Shown: positions 63,974-64,000 of the stretch, piece after piece
How the letters are laid out: the number at the start of each line of letters is the position of its first letter
Numbering within the stretch: position 1 is the stretch's first letter
Origin: Octopus bimaculoides
Taxonomy: Eukaryota
Direction of reading: 5' to 3'
NCBI RefSeq assembly: GCF_001194135.2
Contig: NC_068981.1
Coordinates: 148,435,664 to 148,499,663, forward strand
DNA length: 64,000 bases
Program-made: the position numbers and the translations under genes
Notes under the pieces: model-generated
What the model saw: the letters and a program-made list of their open reading frames with translations, nothing else
The model's database searches: none
Told to the model about the DNA's origin: nothing

Positions 63974-64000
63974 CGTATATATATATATATATATATATAT

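Noticed and set aside
1-64000. CRISPR arrays, rRNA or prokaryotic operons
   Set aside because: None seen; the sequence is eukaryotic intronic/intergenic DNA.

Overview
AT-rich, microsatellite- and SINE-saturated animal DNA with many N gaps. The repeat families suggest a coleoid cephalopod, most likely an Octopus draft assembly (inference). The only host gene I can support is the 5' coding part of an SLC26A11-like anion transporter on the minus strand: three coding exons (10574-10372, 4871-4769, 2729-2525) with consistent GT-AG phases, continuing beyond the left edge. The rest is transposon-derived: several tRNA-headed SINE families, RTE and R4-like LINE fragments, at least seven mariner remnants, a decayed Helitron with a nested hAT MITE, a hAT transposase remnant, Tigger- and Kolobok-type MITEs, and Penelope-like element (PLE) remnants. 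The most interesting signal is a set of hammerhead ribozyme (HHR) motifs. Three copies of one type-I family show covarying stems, and two of these lie just 3' of PLE GIY-YIG C-terminal fragments. A U3-A8 variant sits in a 52-bp fold-back. A tRNA-head/(AAT)n/HHR composite element has an inverted HHR copy abutting its 5' end. Other oddities are a TTAA-flanked MITE carrying a tRNA-like cassette, a 251-bp near-perfect palindrome, and a CpG-content step at about 31.4 kb. Most repeat boundaries are approximate because they were read by eye.
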